64,000 nt of DNA from Thermodesulfobacteriota bacterium (lineage in GTDB: Bacteria > Desulfobacterota > Desulfobacteria > Desulfobacterales > Desulfatirhabdiaceae). The notes under the pieces were generated by a model, which saw only the letters and a program-made list of their open reading frames with translations, was not told the DNA's origin and ran no database searches. Shown here piece after piece: positions 9,321-19,169 of the stretch; position 1 is the stretch's first letter, and the number at the start of each line of letters is the position of its first letter. The position numbers and the translations under genes are program-made. The DNA is taken from the NCBI GenBank assembly GCA_040755275.1, contig JBFMBE010000002.1, forward strand, positions 4,180-68,179, in the 5' to 3' direction.

Positions 9321-11141
9321 TCACCCCATTTCCTCGATTTGGATCGAAAAGCGCCTCATCTTCAAGCCGTTTTTTGCACAGAACTGCCGAAGTTCGTTCA
9401 GGCGGTTGTCGAACGCCTCAACCTTGAAGGAAACGAGCAACCCTTCGATGGGATATTGTTCCCGTAGGGTCGCCAGGTCCGCATATCCTCCCAGAACCGG
9501 ATAGCCCTGCAGGTTCTTGCCGACCTTCAAAGGGTCGTCATCGATGAAACCGATCGGTCGAAGGCCCAGAGACGGATTGTGTAGGATCTCCCGCAAGAGC
9601 AGCTCTCCCCCTCTGCCTGCGCCGTAAATCAATACGCTTTCTCCGGATAGGGTGTTGCGGAGCATGGCATCCCCCGCCAGTCGAAAGAACCCCCGGGTTC
9701 CAAGAAGGGCGGCGGTCGTCAGGAGCCAATCGATGAGAAAGGCCCCCTTCGAAAAATCCGAAAACCGATACACGAACGTCACCGCAGCGATGGAAAGCAA
9801 TGATGCGAGTGTGCTGGCCTTGAGATAGACGGCGACATCATTGGAGCTCATGTTGCCCCAGAGGCCCCGATATACCCCGACGATGTAGAAAACGAGGAGT
9901 TTACAGGCGATGACAATGGGAAGCGATTTGAGAAAAATTCGGAAATAGAAGAGAAAATCGGTAGAGCTGAATCGGAGGCGGTAGGATAGGTAATAGGAGA
10001 AGGCCACCAGCCCAAGATCCAGGATGACCATCAGAATCTGTCGTTTGTAGGTCCATTCGACCAGGATCGGCGTGAAAGCTTTCCCGCGTAGCAGGGAGAA
10101 TTCCTTTTCAGGATAGACCCGAAGCTGCGAGAGGTAAACCCCCATGAGAAGAACGGCCACAACGACGGGCACGATGACCGAAGGAGCGCTCATGGTATCG
10201 CTTCGATGAACGAAGAGGGCGGCCAGGCCGGCTCCGACGGCGATGCCATATAGAACGAGAACCGCATTTCGTTCGCTCAGACCGACCAGAACGAGTCGAT
10301 GGGACGTATGGTCTTTTCCGCCCATCGATGCCTTTCGGCCGCTCAGAATTCGGATGAGCGTCACCAGACTCGTATCGACGATCGGTACCAGGGCGACCAG
10401 GATCGGAATCGATACCCGCGACAGGGTGGACAGGGGGGTGGTCTCGGCATATACAAGAGATAGAAGGGCGATCAGAAAGCCGATCGTCAGGCTGCCACAA
10501 TCGCCCATGAAAATCGAGGCCGGGTTGAAGTTGTAGATCAGAAAACCTACCAGCGCGCCGGACAGCATCCAGGCTGCAGCCGAAGCCGTCGGATGGATCG
10601 GAGCCAGGAGCAGTGCCAGAACGGCAGCAGCGATTGCCCCGATCCCGGCACACAGGCCGTCCATGTTGTCGAGCAGGTTGAAAGCATTGGTGATACCGAC
10701 CACCCAGAACAAGGTGACCATGGTATCGAGGGTGAGGGATACGAACCATTTGAGCCGGAATCCGAGGAAGGCGACGAAGGAGGCTACCAGGATTTGGCCC
10801 AGGAGCTTGGTCTGGGGTTTCAACCGAACAACATCGTCCACCAGTCCCAAAGCGAACAGCAGGCTCATTCCGAGCCATGCGACGAAGGCAAAGGGCGGCT
10901 CGAACGCGGGAGTCTCGGGGAAAAAAGAAAGGGTGCCGAAGTCGAATACATCGAGCTTGATCAGCATCGGAAGCGAGACGGCGGTGTAGATGGCAATACC
11001 GCCCATCAAGGCGGTCGGTTTTCGATGCCAACGATCCTGGGTTGGATAGGCCAGCCATCCGTATCTGCCGGCCAGCCGTTTGACCACAGGGGTCAACAGG
11101 GCGCACAGCGCCAAGGACAAGGCAGCATTACCGAGAATCAT
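9321..11141 (-). CDS. WecA/MraY-family (GT4) polyprenyl-phosphate sugar-1-P transferase fused to a C-terminal 4-TM + Rossmann-like (WbaP/CapD N-terminal type) region
   Basis: The track ORF is 9321..11258. I start it at MILGNAALSL (ATG 11141). The N-terminal ~330 aa have MraY/WecA motifs (NAFNLLDNMDGL, IFMGDCGS). The C-terminal part has 4 TM helices, then LIYGAGRGGELLLREILHNPSLGLRPIGFIDDDPLKVGKNLQGYPVLG. Confidence 0.8.
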   Translation of the reverse strand: MILGNAALSLALCALLTPVVKRLAGRYGWLAYPTQDRWHRKPTALMGGIAIYTAVSLPMLIKLDVFDFGTLSFFPETPAFEPPFAFVAWLGMSLLFALGLVDDVVRLKPQTKLLGQILVASFVAFLGFRLKWFVSLTLDTMVTLFWVVGITNAFNLLDNMDGLCAGIGAIAAAVLALLLAPIHPTASAAAWMLSGALVGFLIYNFNPASIFMGDCGSLTIGFLIALLSLVYAETTPLSTLSRVSIPILVALVPIVDTSLVTLIRILSGRKASMGGKDHTSHRLVLVGLSERNAVLVLYGIAVGAGLAALFVHRSDTMSAPSVIVPVVVAVLLMGVYLSQLRVYPEKEFSLLRGKAFTPILVEWTYKRQILMVILDLGLVAFSYYLSYRLRFSSTDFLFYFRIFLKSLPIVIACKLLVFYIVGVYRGLWGNMSSNDVAVYLKASTLASLLSIAAVTFVYRFSDFSKGAFLIDWLLTTAALLGTRGFFRLAGDAMLRNTLSGESVLIYGAGRGGELLLREILHNPSLGLRPIGFIDDDPLKVGKNLQGYPVLGGYADLATLREQYPIEGLLVSFKVEAFDNRLNELRQFCAKNGLKMRRFSIQIEEMG

Positions 11142-11330
11142 GGCTGTATCAAGGGCGTTTTCTGGATGATGGAGGATGTTGGGAGGGGTTCGAACCCATG
11201 GTCCCATGGGTCGATCGCGGCATTCAGGTGCGACAACCCGGTGGAACCGGCCCGACACGGCCCGTCCATGCCAGAAACCTGGCCATAGCGGACTTCAGGC
11301 GCACCCACCACCGAGCGATGAAGGAAGACA

Positions 11331-12374
11331 TCAGGCCCACAGCACCCGTTTCCCGCCCGCTTGTCGTTCAACCACTTCCCCGATGACCACAGCCGTCTCC
11401 CCCATGCCTGTGCAGCGTTCGATGACATCGTCTACATGAGATTCCGGTACAACGAGAATCATGCCGATGCCGTTGTTGAAGGTGCGCAACATTTCCTCTT
11501 CCGGCACCTGGCCTGCTTCTTGAAGGAAGGTGAAGATGGGGTGTCTTCTCCACGAGGACTTTCGGATCAAAACTCCGCAGGCTTGGGGAAGAATTCGTAC
11601 GATGTTTTCCGTGATCCCTCCGCCGGTGATATGGGCGATTCCATGAATGGGCAGGTCCCGGATCAGTTTTAAAACCGTATCGACATAGATGCGCGTGGGG
11701 GTGAGCAGCTCTTCGCCCAACGTCTTGCCAAGCGCTTCGACATGTTGATCGACCCTCAGGTTCAGGACATCGAAGCAGATTTTGCGAACCAGAGAAAACC
11801 CGTTGCTGTGAAGCCCGCTGGAGGCCAGCCCGATCAGTTTGTGGCCGACACGGATTTCGGAACCATCGATGATCTTGTTGTTGTCGACGATGCCGACGGC
11901 AAATCCGGCCAGATCGTATTCGTTTTCGGCATAGATGCCGGGCATTTCAGCCGTTTCTCCACCGATGAGGGCGCATCCCGCCTGTTTGCATCCTTCGCCG
12001 ATGCCCGAAATAATCTGGACGGCGATCTGTTCATCGAGTTTTCCCATTGCCAGATAATCCAGGAAGAACAGGGGCTTTGCCCCTTGAACCACGACATCGT
12101 TCACGCTCATGGCGACCAGGTCGATGCCAACCGTGTGGTGCACCTGCATGAGGAAGGCAATCTTGAGCTTTGTGCCGACCCCGTCGGTGGAACTCACGAG
12201 GATGGGCTTTTCCATGTTGGTGGTGTTCAAGGAAAAAAGCCCTCCGAAACCGCCGATCTCACCCATGACGCCTGCTCTTGGCGTTTGAGAGGCGATTTGC
12301 TTGATGGTTTTCACCAGATCGTTGGCTTTGTCGATATCGACGCCGGAATCTGCATAGGTCAACGGTTTCTGCAT
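11331..12374 (-). CDS. purM: phosphoribosylformylglycinamidine cyclo-ligase (AIR synthetase)
   Basis: 347-aa ORF. N-terminus LTYADSGVDIDKAN plus GGFGGLF and SSGLHSNGFSL motifs are typical PurM. Confidence 0.96.
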   Translation of the reverse strand: MQKPLTYADSGVDIDKANDLVKTIKQIASQTPRAGVMGEIGGFGGLFSLNTTNMEKPILVSSTDGVGTKLKIAFLMQVHHTVGIDLVAMSVNDVVVQGAKPLFFLDYLAMGKLDEQIAVQIISGIGEGCKQAGCALIGGETAEMPGIYAENEYDLAGFAVGIVDNNKIIDGSEIRVGHKLIGLASSGLHSNGFSLVRKICFDVLNLRVDQHVEALGKTLGEELLTPTRIYVDTVLKLIRDLPIHGIAHITGGGITENIVRILPQACGVLIRKSSWRRHPIFTFLQEAGQVPEEEMLRTFNNGIGMILVVPESHVDDVIERCTGMGETAVVIGEVVERQAGGKRVLWA

Positions 12375-12642
12375 GGTCTACCCCATGAAAGGAAATGAAA
12401 GCGCTCTGGAAGATCCATTCAGGATTCAGGTGGATAAGTAATCGAATCAAGTATCGACATTGGGGTGAAAAGTCAAAAGATTTTTTTCAGCATGTCGGAT
12501 TCAGGCCAATCGAATCCATGCAGCTTCATCGTCCTTTGCTTTTGACATGGCTTCCAATCTATTGTATGAACCAACGAATTTTTGAAAACCTTTGCATTCG
12601 ACCTTTCCGCAGGAAGCGGAAAGCCGGTCAGGAGAAAGCCTC

Positions 12643-13809
12643 ATGAACAAATTCGCACGACTCGATCGATTACCGCCCTACGTCTTTGCAACGGTCAACA
12701 AGATCAAGATGGATGCCCGGCATGCCGGAAAAGACATCGTCGATCTCGGCATGGGAAACCCCGATCTTCCGACCCCCAAACACATCGTCGATAAACTGAT
12801 CGAGGCGGCACAGAAGCCCCAGAACCACCGCTATTCGGCTTCCATGGGCATCACGCGCCTGCGGATGGCCATTTGCGACTGGTACAAACGCCGTTTTGAT
12901 GTCGATCTCGATCCGGAAACCGAGGCCATCGTCACCATCGGTATCAAGGAAGGGCTCTCCCACCTCGTTCTGGTCACCATTCGACCGGGAGACGTCGTGT
13001 TCACACCAAATCCGACCTATCCCATCCACCCCTATTCCGCCATCATTGCAGGTGGTGACGTACGCGGCATCCCCGTCGGTCCGGAGGAAGATTTCTTCCA
13101 GAACCTGATCAACGCAACCAAACAGACGTGGCCGCGTCCCAAAGTGCTCATTCTTTCCTATCCGCATAACCCGACGACGGAAGTGGTCGATCTCGACTTC
13201 TTTCAAAAAATCGTCGATTACGCCAAGGAAAACGATATCCTCGTGATCCACGATTTCGCCTATGCCGATCTCGTCTTCGACGGATACAAGGCTCCCAGTT
13301 TTCTGCAGGCAAAAGGGGCCAAGGATGTCGGTGTGGAATTTTTCTCCATGTCCAAAAGCTACAGCATGGCCGGGTGGCGGATGGGGTTCTGTGTCGGGAA
13401 TGCCGAAACCATCTTCGCACTCAAGCGAATCAAGAGCTATCTCGATTACGGGGCTTTCCAGCCGATTCAGATCGCTTCCATCATCGCTTTGAACGGGCCG
13501 CAGGATTGTGTGCAGCAGATTTGCGATACCTACCGGGAACGACGGGATGCACTCATTCAGGGGTTGAGCCGTATCGGGTGGGAGATCAAGAGTCCCAAAG
13601 GCACGATGTTCGTCTGGGGAAGGATCCCGGATGCCTATCGTAAGATGGGATCCGTGGAATTCGCCAAATTTCTGATCCATGAAGCCCAAGTGGCCGTTTC
13701 CCCGGGGCTGGGATTCGGGGAATACGGGGATGAATACGTGCGCTTTGCTCTCATCGAAAATCCGATGCGGATTCAGCAGGCCGTTCGCGGCATCCGCAAA
13801 ATCATGTGA
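12643..13809 (+). CDS. alaC: class I/II PLP aminotransferase, AlaC-type (glutamate-pyruvate aminotransferase)
   Basis: Start chosen at [15 protein letters not shown] (ATG 12643). Collinear by recall with E. coli AlaC/YfdZ (RLPPYVF, GMGNPD, SKSYxMAGWRxGF, VRFALIEN). Confidence 0.9.
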   Translation: MNKFARLDRLPPYVFATVNKIKMDARHAGKDIVDLGMGNPDLPTPKHIVDKLIEAAQKPQNHRYSASMGITRLRMAICDWYKRRFDVDLDPETEAIVTIGIKEGLSHLVLVTIRPGDVVFTPNPTYPIHPYSAIIAGGDVRGIPVGPEEDFFQNLINATKQTWPRPKVLILSYPHNPTTEVVDLDFFQKIVDYAKENDILVIHDFAYADLVFDGYKAPSFLQAKGAKDVGVEFFSMSKSYSMAGWRMGFCVGNAETIFALKRIKSYLDYGAFQPIQIASIIALNGPQDCVQQICDTYRERRDALIQGLSRIGWEIKSPKGTMFVWGRIPDAYRKMGSVEFAKFLIHEAQVAVSPGLGFGEYGDEYVRFALIENPMRIQQAVRGIRKIM

Positions 13810-13827
13810 TGCGAGGAGCTCTTCCGG

Positions 13828-15141
13828 ATGAAAACCATTCATATCGGTGTGCTGGGATGCGGTACCGTGGGAACCGGCGTGGTCCGGATCCTTCTGGAGC
13901 GGCGGGATCTCCTCCGAAGAAGAGTCGGTGCGGATCTCGCCCTCAAAGCCATTGCCGATATCGATATCGATCGCGACAGAGGATTTGCCATCGACAGATC
14001 GCTCTTCACGAAGGATGCGAGACAGGTGGTTCTCGACCCGCAGATCGACATCATTGTCGAGACCATCGGGGGAACGACGATCGCAAAAGACCTCATTTTA
14101 TTGGCGATCCAGAACCGCAAGCAGGTCGTGACGGCCAACAAGGCGCTTTTGGCAAGTGAAGGAATCCAGCTCTTTGCCAAAGCCTGGGAAAACGGGATCG
14201 ATCTGGGGTTTGAGGCCAGTGTGGGCGGCTGCATGCCCGTCATCAAGACCCTTCGGGAATCGCTGGTCGGAAACGCCATTCTGTCCGTTCGGGGCATTCT
14301 CAATGGCACCTGCAACACGATTCTCTCCAAGATCACCGATGAACGATGCTCGTTCGAAGAGGCTCTTCGGGAAGCCCAGGCCAAGGGATTTGCCGAAGCC
14401 GATCCAACCCTCGACATCGAAGGCATCGACACGGCTCACAAGCTGGCCATCATCATCTCTCTGGCGTATGGCACGGATGTCCGGCTCGGCGATATCTATG
14501 TCGAGGGCATTTCCAGCATTACCCCGATGGACATCGAGTTCGCCGAACAGTTCGGCTATCGGATCAAGCTACTGGCCATCAGCAAGCGGATCGACCATGC
14601 CATCGAGGCCAGGGTCCACCCCACGATGATTCCAGAGAACAACATGCTTTCGAATGTGAACGGTCCTCTGAATGCGGTCACCATCACAGGAGATGCAACG
14701 GGGGATACCCTGCTCTATGGCTATGGTGCCGGGATGATGCCGACGGCGAGCGCCATTGTTTCCGATCTCGCCGATATTGCCCGAAATCTGATGACTGGAG
14801 CCGTCGGCCGAATGCCGACCCTGGCGTTCCAACCCGATGCCATCCGGTCCATTCCGATTCTTCCGATCGAAGAGCTCGTATCGCACTACTATATCCGGTT
14901 TTCCGCCATCGATCAGCCGGGGGTGCTTTCGAAGATTTCCGGTATCCTCGGCAACCACGGCATCAGTCTCGAGTCGGTACACCAGAAGGGAAGAAAATCG
15001 AATGCATCGGTTCCGCTGGTGATGTTCACCCATTTGGCGAGAGAACGGGACGTTCGGGCTGCATTGATGGAAATCGAGCGGCTCGACGTCGTCTGCGACC
15101 ATCCGGTGCTGATCCGGATCGAGGAGCCCAACGGACATTGA
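13828..15141 (+). CDS. hom: homoserine dehydrogenase with C-terminal ACT domain
   Basis: 437-aa ORF with an N-terminal Rossmann motif (IGVLGCGTVGTGV), a catalytic region (ANKALLA, GILNGTCN, AEADPTLDIEGID) and an ACT-like C-terminus. Confidence 0.95.
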   Translation: MKTIHIGVLGCGTVGTGVVRILLERRDLLRRRVGADLALKAIADIDIDRDRGFAIDRSLFTKDARQVVLDPQIDIIVETIGGTTIAKDLILLAIQNRKQVVTANKALLASEGIQLFAKAWENGIDLGFEASVGGCMPVIKTLRESLVGNAILSVRGILNGTCNTILSKITDERCSFEEALREAQAKGFAEADPTLDIEGIDTAHKLAIIISLAYGTDVRLGDIYVEGISSITPMDIEFAEQFGYRIKLLAISKRIDHAIEARVHPTMIPENNMLSNVNGPLNAVTITGDATGDTLLYGYGAGMMPTASAIVSDLADIARNLMTGAVGRMPTLAFQPDAIRSIPILPIEELVSHYYIRFSAIDQPGVLSKISGILGNHGISLESVHQKGRKSNASVPLVMFTHLARERDVRAALMEIERLDVVCDHPVLIRIEEPNGH

Positions 15142-15174
15142 TGTCGATATTGACCAGGGAAGGATAGTGACCCC

Positions 15175-15774
15175 ATGCACATCGTCTGTACCGATCTCGA
15201 AGGTGTTCTGATTCCGGAAGTGTGGATTGCAGTCGCCGAAAAGACTGGAATTGCCGAACTGCGCCTGACCACACGGGACATTGCCGATTACGACCAGCTG
15301 ATGCAGCAGCGGCTGAAGATTCTGAAGGAAAACCGCTTGACCTTACGAGACATTCAGGACGTCATCTCGACCATGGAACCGCTCGATGGCGCACTGGATT
15401 TTCTGGATAGGCTCCGGGAAACGACCCAGGTGATCATCGTTTCGGATACCTATATCGAGTTTGCCAGGCCCTTCATGAAGAAGCTGGGATGGCCCACGCT
15501 GTTCTGTCACCATCTCACGACGGACGCATCGGGAACCATTATCGGCTACAACCTGCGGCAGAAGGATGCCAAGAAGCGCACGGTTCAAGCCTTGAAAAGC
15601 CTGAATTACCACGTGATCGCCATGGGAGATTCTTTCAACGATACGGCCATGCTCATCGAAGCCGATCACGGAATCCTCTTCCGGCCGCCGGCATCGGTAG
15701 CGAATGCGTTTGCGCAGTTTCCCGTATGTACGGATTACGCAACGCTGTTTCAGATGATTACATCGTTTCTGTAA
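15175..15774 (+). CDS. thrH: HAD-family phosphoserine phosphatase / homoserine phosphotransferase, ThrH-like
   Basis: 199 aa, collinear by recall with Pseudomonas aeruginosa ThrH (M.I.C.DLEGVL.PE.WIA.AEKTGI..L..TTRDI.DYD.LM.QRL.IL). The HAD DxD-type motif is replaced by the ThrH-type DLEG motif. Sits immediately after hom. Confidence 0.85.
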   Translation: MHIVCTDLEGVLIPEVWIAVAEKTGIAELRLTTRDIADYDQLMQQRLKILKENRLTLRDIQDVISTMEPLDGALDFLDRLRETTQVIIVSDTYIEFARPFMKKLGWPTLFCHHLTTDASGTIIGYNLRQKDAKKRTVQALKSLNYHVIAMGDSFNDTAMLIEADHGILFRPPASVANAFAQFPVCTDYATLFQMITSFL

Positions 15775-15777
15775 GTC

Positions 15778-16224
15778 ATGTCGATCGTCAACCACACCAC
15801 CTGCCGGGTTATTTACGGCGATACGGACAACATGGGCATGGCTTACCATGCCAACTATTTGAGATGGTTCGAGATCGGAAGAACGGAACTGTTCCGCTCC
15901 CTCGGTCTTCCCTACAGGGAGATCGAAGCCCGGGGGCTTTACCTTCCGGTCTCGGAAGCCCACTGCAAGTACCTGCACCCTGTGCGCTACGACGATGTGC
16001 TGGTCATCGAAACGACGGTGGACCCGACGGTACGCGGGGGAATGAAATTCCACTACGCCATCCGAATCGAAGCGGATCGAACCTTGGCCGCCCGGGGATG
16101 GACCCTGCATGCCTGTGTGACTCCGGAAGGCAAGGTCATTCGGCCACCCGCTTTTCTCAAGGAAGCCATACGCACATGTGTTGGCCTTGCCTCCGATGAC
16201 GGTCGAGAATCTCGATATCCATGA
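15778..16224 (+). CDS. YbgC/4HBT-family acyl-CoA thioesterase
   Basis: 148-aa hot-dog-fold signature (RVIYGDTDNMGMAYHANYLRWFEIGRTELFRSLG). Confidence 0.85.
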   Translation: MSIVNHTTCRVIYGDTDNMGMAYHANYLRWFEIGRTELFRSLGLPYREIEARGLYLPVSEAHCKYLHPVRYDDVLVIETTVDPTVRGGMKFHYAIRIEADRTLAARGWTLHACVTPEGKVIRPPAFLKEAIRTCVGLASDDGRESRYP

Positions 16225-16534
16225 AACCCCGGAAGGGTTGATCTTCAAGGTGCACGTTCAGCCCAGGGCATCCCGGAACCGGATCCTCGGATTGTTCGGG
16301 GATGCCCTGAAAATCGCCGTGACGGCCCCGCCGGTGGACGATGCGGCCAATCGCATGGTGATCCGGGTGCTGGCAGAAGTTCTGGGTATACCGGACGGGT
16401 CGATTTCCATCTTGTCGGGTCACACTTCGCGACACAAACGCATCCGGTGGAAGATCGATGGAGATCCGTCGAAAGGATGGGTTGCAGCGAGACAACAGTT
16501 GCTTTCGATCATCCGCCATGGAAAAAGAACTTGA
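16196..16534 (+). CDS. yggU: DUF167 / YggU-family protein
   Basis: ATG 16196 lies within track ORF 16178..16534. Typical YggU core (FKVHVQPRASRNRILG...LKIAVTAPPVDDAAN...LAEVLGIP...ILSGHTSRHK). Confidence 0.85.
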   Translation: MTVENLDIHETPEGLIFKVHVQPRASRNRILGLFGDALKIAVTAPPVDDAANRMVIRVLAEVLGIPDGSISILSGHTSRHKRIRWKIDGDPSKGWVAARQQLLSIIRHGKRT

Positions 16535-16574
16535 CGGATCGGTCGGAAAAATTTATAAATCGCGCATACGTTGA

Positions 16575-16651
<77 letters not shown>

Positions 16652-16822
16652 CTTCCGATCCCAGCTTTTTTCAATGGTCCTATACCCCGAATCCAGTTCC
16701 TGGTTTCGGGGTTTTTTCGTTGTGCAGGATGCAAGTTGGCGTTAACCGAAGTTGTTAAACGCATGATGAGCTGCCAAACGGGATGTTGGCAGTGGCTGTA
16801 ACGCAAGAAAGGAGACGGATCC

Positions 16823-17230
16823 ATGGCACTGTTGGAATGGAGTGATGCACTCAAGGTGAATGTGGCGGTCATTGACCGGCAGCACCAACGCCTCGTACAG
16901 ATGATCAATGATCTGAACGATGCCATGAAAAAGGGCAAGGGCAAGGATATTCTCGGAAAAATTCTCGAGGAGATGGTGCGGTATGCCATGACCCATTTTT
17001 CGACGGAAGAGACCTATTTCGATCGGTATCAATATCCGGAAGCCTCGAAGCATCGGGCGGAACATGCCGCCTTCGTAGACAAAGTGAAGCAGTTCAAGTC
17101 GGATTACGAGCACAACCGGGTCGGGCTTTCTATCGAAATCCTGAATTTCCTGAGCGATTGGCTGGTGAAACACATTCAGGGGTCGGACAAGCGATACGGG
17201 CCGTTTTTCAATCAGAAAGGGCTTCAATAG
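16823..17230 (+). CDS. bacteriohemerythrin
   Basis: 135 aa. Begins LEWSDALKVNVAVIDRQHQRLV. His/Glu iron ligand pattern (H..E...F.....H..H....D) is typical of hemerythrin-like domains. Confidence 0.9.
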   Translation: MALLEWSDALKVNVAVIDRQHQRLVQMINDLNDAMKKGKGKDILGKILEEMVRYAMTHFSTEETYFDRYQYPEASKHRAEHAAFVDKVKQFKSDYEHNRVGLSIEILNFLSDWLVKHIQGSDKRYGPFFNQKGLQ

Positions 17231-17247
17231 CTACCGGCAGGCCGGAA

Positions 17248-18003
17248 GTGCCTTTCTCGAAACGCGTATCCTGTATTCCTCCAAAGCCTGTGGATCGATC
17301 GGGCTTCACCCTGCTCGAGCTGCTGGTTGCTGTGGCCATGACGGCCGTCATTACCCTGGCTGTATACGGCACCTACCGATCCGTCGTCTCGGCCGCGGAC
17401 ATTTATGGAAAGCGGGTCCGATATCAGGAGATGGCGGCCGGTTGCATCGAACGGATGCGGGCCGACTTGCAGGGGCTCGCCGTTCACACACGGGAGGAAT
17501 TCGTTCCGGGGAAGGAGGAACGATCGGCGGATCCGCTGATGATCCGGATTCAACCGGTAAATGACTCCAGCGATGCGGAAGAGGGAAGGCCGTTTTTGTG
17601 GCTGACGTCTCGATCCGTCATCCCGGTGTCGCCGCAGGATACCTCCGGTATTGCAGACATCCGCTATGAGCTTGTACCTGACCGGAACGGCGGTTGGAGC
17701 ATCCGGCGGGCCCAGCGGTTGTTGCCGTTTTCAGAGCGTGCCGAACGTTCCTCCGAGCAATCGGAGACCCATCCCATCATCTGCTCGGCTGTACGATCCG
17801 TTCATGTGGCTGCAGTCGATGGAAAGGGGGAGCGGGTGCAACGATGGAATTCCAACGCTTCGGACTATCGGCATGAAACACCGGAAGCCGTTTTTCTGCG
17901 ACTGGAGGTCGGTGAGACGGGCAATCGGGTGAACGTCGAAACGCTGGTGAAACTTCCGGTTCGACGCTCCCGTGGTTCCAAAGAAGCTCCCAAAAGCCCA
18001 TAG
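17248..18003 (+). CDS. type II secretion / type IV pilus minor pseudopilin, GspJ-like
   Basis: GTG 17248 lies within track ORF 17158..18003. Prepilin-type N-terminal methylation motif GFTLLELLVAVAMTAVITLAVY. The size (~250 aa) fits GspJ. Confidence 0.7.
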   Translation: MPFSKRVSCIPPKPVDRSGFTLLELLVAVAMTAVITLAVYGTYRSVVSAADIYGKRVRYQEMAAGCIERMRADLQGLAVHTREEFVPGKEERSADPLMIRIQPVNDSSDAEEGRPFLWLTSRSVIPVSPQDTSGIADIRYELVPDRNGGWSIRRAQRLLPFSERAERSSEQSETHPIICSAVRSVHVAAVDGKGERVQRWNSNASDYRHETPEAVFLRLEVGETGNRVNVETLVKLPVRRSRGSKEAPKSP

Positions 18004-18007
18004 CCCC

Positions 18008-18068
18008 ATATAGGATGGCCCCGCGCCTCGACAGGGACTTCCTGACTTTTTGCGGGGCCATCCTATAT
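18008..18068. repeat. 17-bp perfect inverted repeat hairpin (member of the interspersed repeat family)
   Basis: ATATAGGATGGCCCCGC - 27 nt - GCGGGGCCATCCTATAT. The loop (GCCTCGACAGGGACTTCCTGACTTTTT) matches the CGACTCGACAGAGACTTCCTGACTTTTTGCGAGGCCATC module seen at 31201-31245, 45262-45305 and 48778-48821. Confidence 0.85.
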
Positions 18069-18109
18069 CGGTTGTCGTTTCCTAACCCCCAACCTGCGGA
18101 CGTTTTGCC

Positions 18110-19165
18110 TTGTCGCACATCCTACCATCCGAACGCGGCATCGTTCTGCTCATCACCCTCGCCATCATCAGCGTTCTGCTGGTCCTGACGTTTTCCGTAA
18201 ACCGTCATGCGATCCGGGTGTATGGTAGAACCCGTGCCATCGAAAATCGGGCCGTTCTGGATGCCATGGCTGAAAGCGGAATTCGACTCGGCATGGCGAT
18301 GCTGATTCGGGACAAGGCCGAAAGTGAAATCGACTCGGTGCAGGAATGTTGGGCCGATGAAACGTGCCTGAGTCTTCTCGTTCGGCAGCTCGACTTCGAG
18401 TCCGGGGAGCTCGAACTTTGCATCGAGGATGAGCAAGGCAAACTCGATGTGAATGCGCTGGTTAGCGGTACGAATGGGGAGCGATTCCATCCGGTGGCCT
18501 ATGCCATGTGGAGTCGGTTTCTTCGGGATCGGGCACGGTCACTGGATGTGGAAGTCGATACAGAGGCGTTTCTCGATGCCCTCAAGGACTGGATGGATTC
18601 CGAAGACGACGAGCGGATCACCGGGTCGGGCGGTGCCGAGTCTAACTGGTACATGCATCTTTCACAGCCATATCCCTGCAAAAACGCACGTGTGGATGAC
18701 ATCGGGGAACTGTTGCGGATCCGGGGCATGAAGCCGACACTCTTCTATGGAAAATCCGGGGTTGAGGGAATTCGTCCGTTTATTACGGCATCCAATCCCA
18801 AGTGGTCTTTCGGCAGCTTTGGAAGAATCAATATCAATACGGCCAGACCCGAGGTGTTGGGGGTGGTGCTGCCCGAAATCCGAGAGAAGCAGGCCGAGCA
18901 GATGGCAGCCTATCGCATGGAGCGCTCATCGGGCACTTTTATCCATGATCTTTCAGATCCCCTGTGGTATAAGCGGGTTCCCGGTCTGACGGACGTGACC
19001 TTGTCGCCTGATCGGATCGCGTATGCAAGCAATCGGTTCTCCATCACGGCGACAGCACGGATCGATCCGCTATCTCGGCGGATAACGGCCCGGGTGCTTC
19101 GGGAAAAACAGGGGGAAAGCGGAACCTGGCACTGTCGGGTGATTTCCTGGGAATTGGATCGGTAA
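18110..19165 (+). CDS. type II secretion minor pseudopilin GspK-like
   Basis: 351 aa with a TTG start. N-terminal hydrophobic segment (RGIVLLITLAIISVLLVL). GspK-type features (YMHLSQPYPCKNARVDDIGELLRIRG; ININTARPEVL helix-hairpin-helix-like). Confidence 0.75.
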   Translation: MSHILPSERGIVLLITLAIISVLLVLTFSVNRHAIRVYGRTRAIENRAVLDAMAESGIRLGMAMLIRDKAESEIDSVQECWADETCLSLLVRQLDFESGELELCIEDEQGKLDVNALVSGTNGERFHPVAYAMWSRFLRDRARSLDVEVDTEAFLDALKDWMDSEDDERITGSGGAESNWYMHLSQPYPCKNARVDDIGELLRIRGMKPTLFYGKSGVEGIRPFITASNPKWSFGSFGRININTARPEVLGVVLPEIREKQAEQMAAYRMERSSGTFIHDLSDPLWYKRVPGLTDVTLSPDRIAYASNRFSITATARIDPLSRRITARVLREKQGESGTWHCRVISWELDR

Positions 19166-19169
19166 GGGG

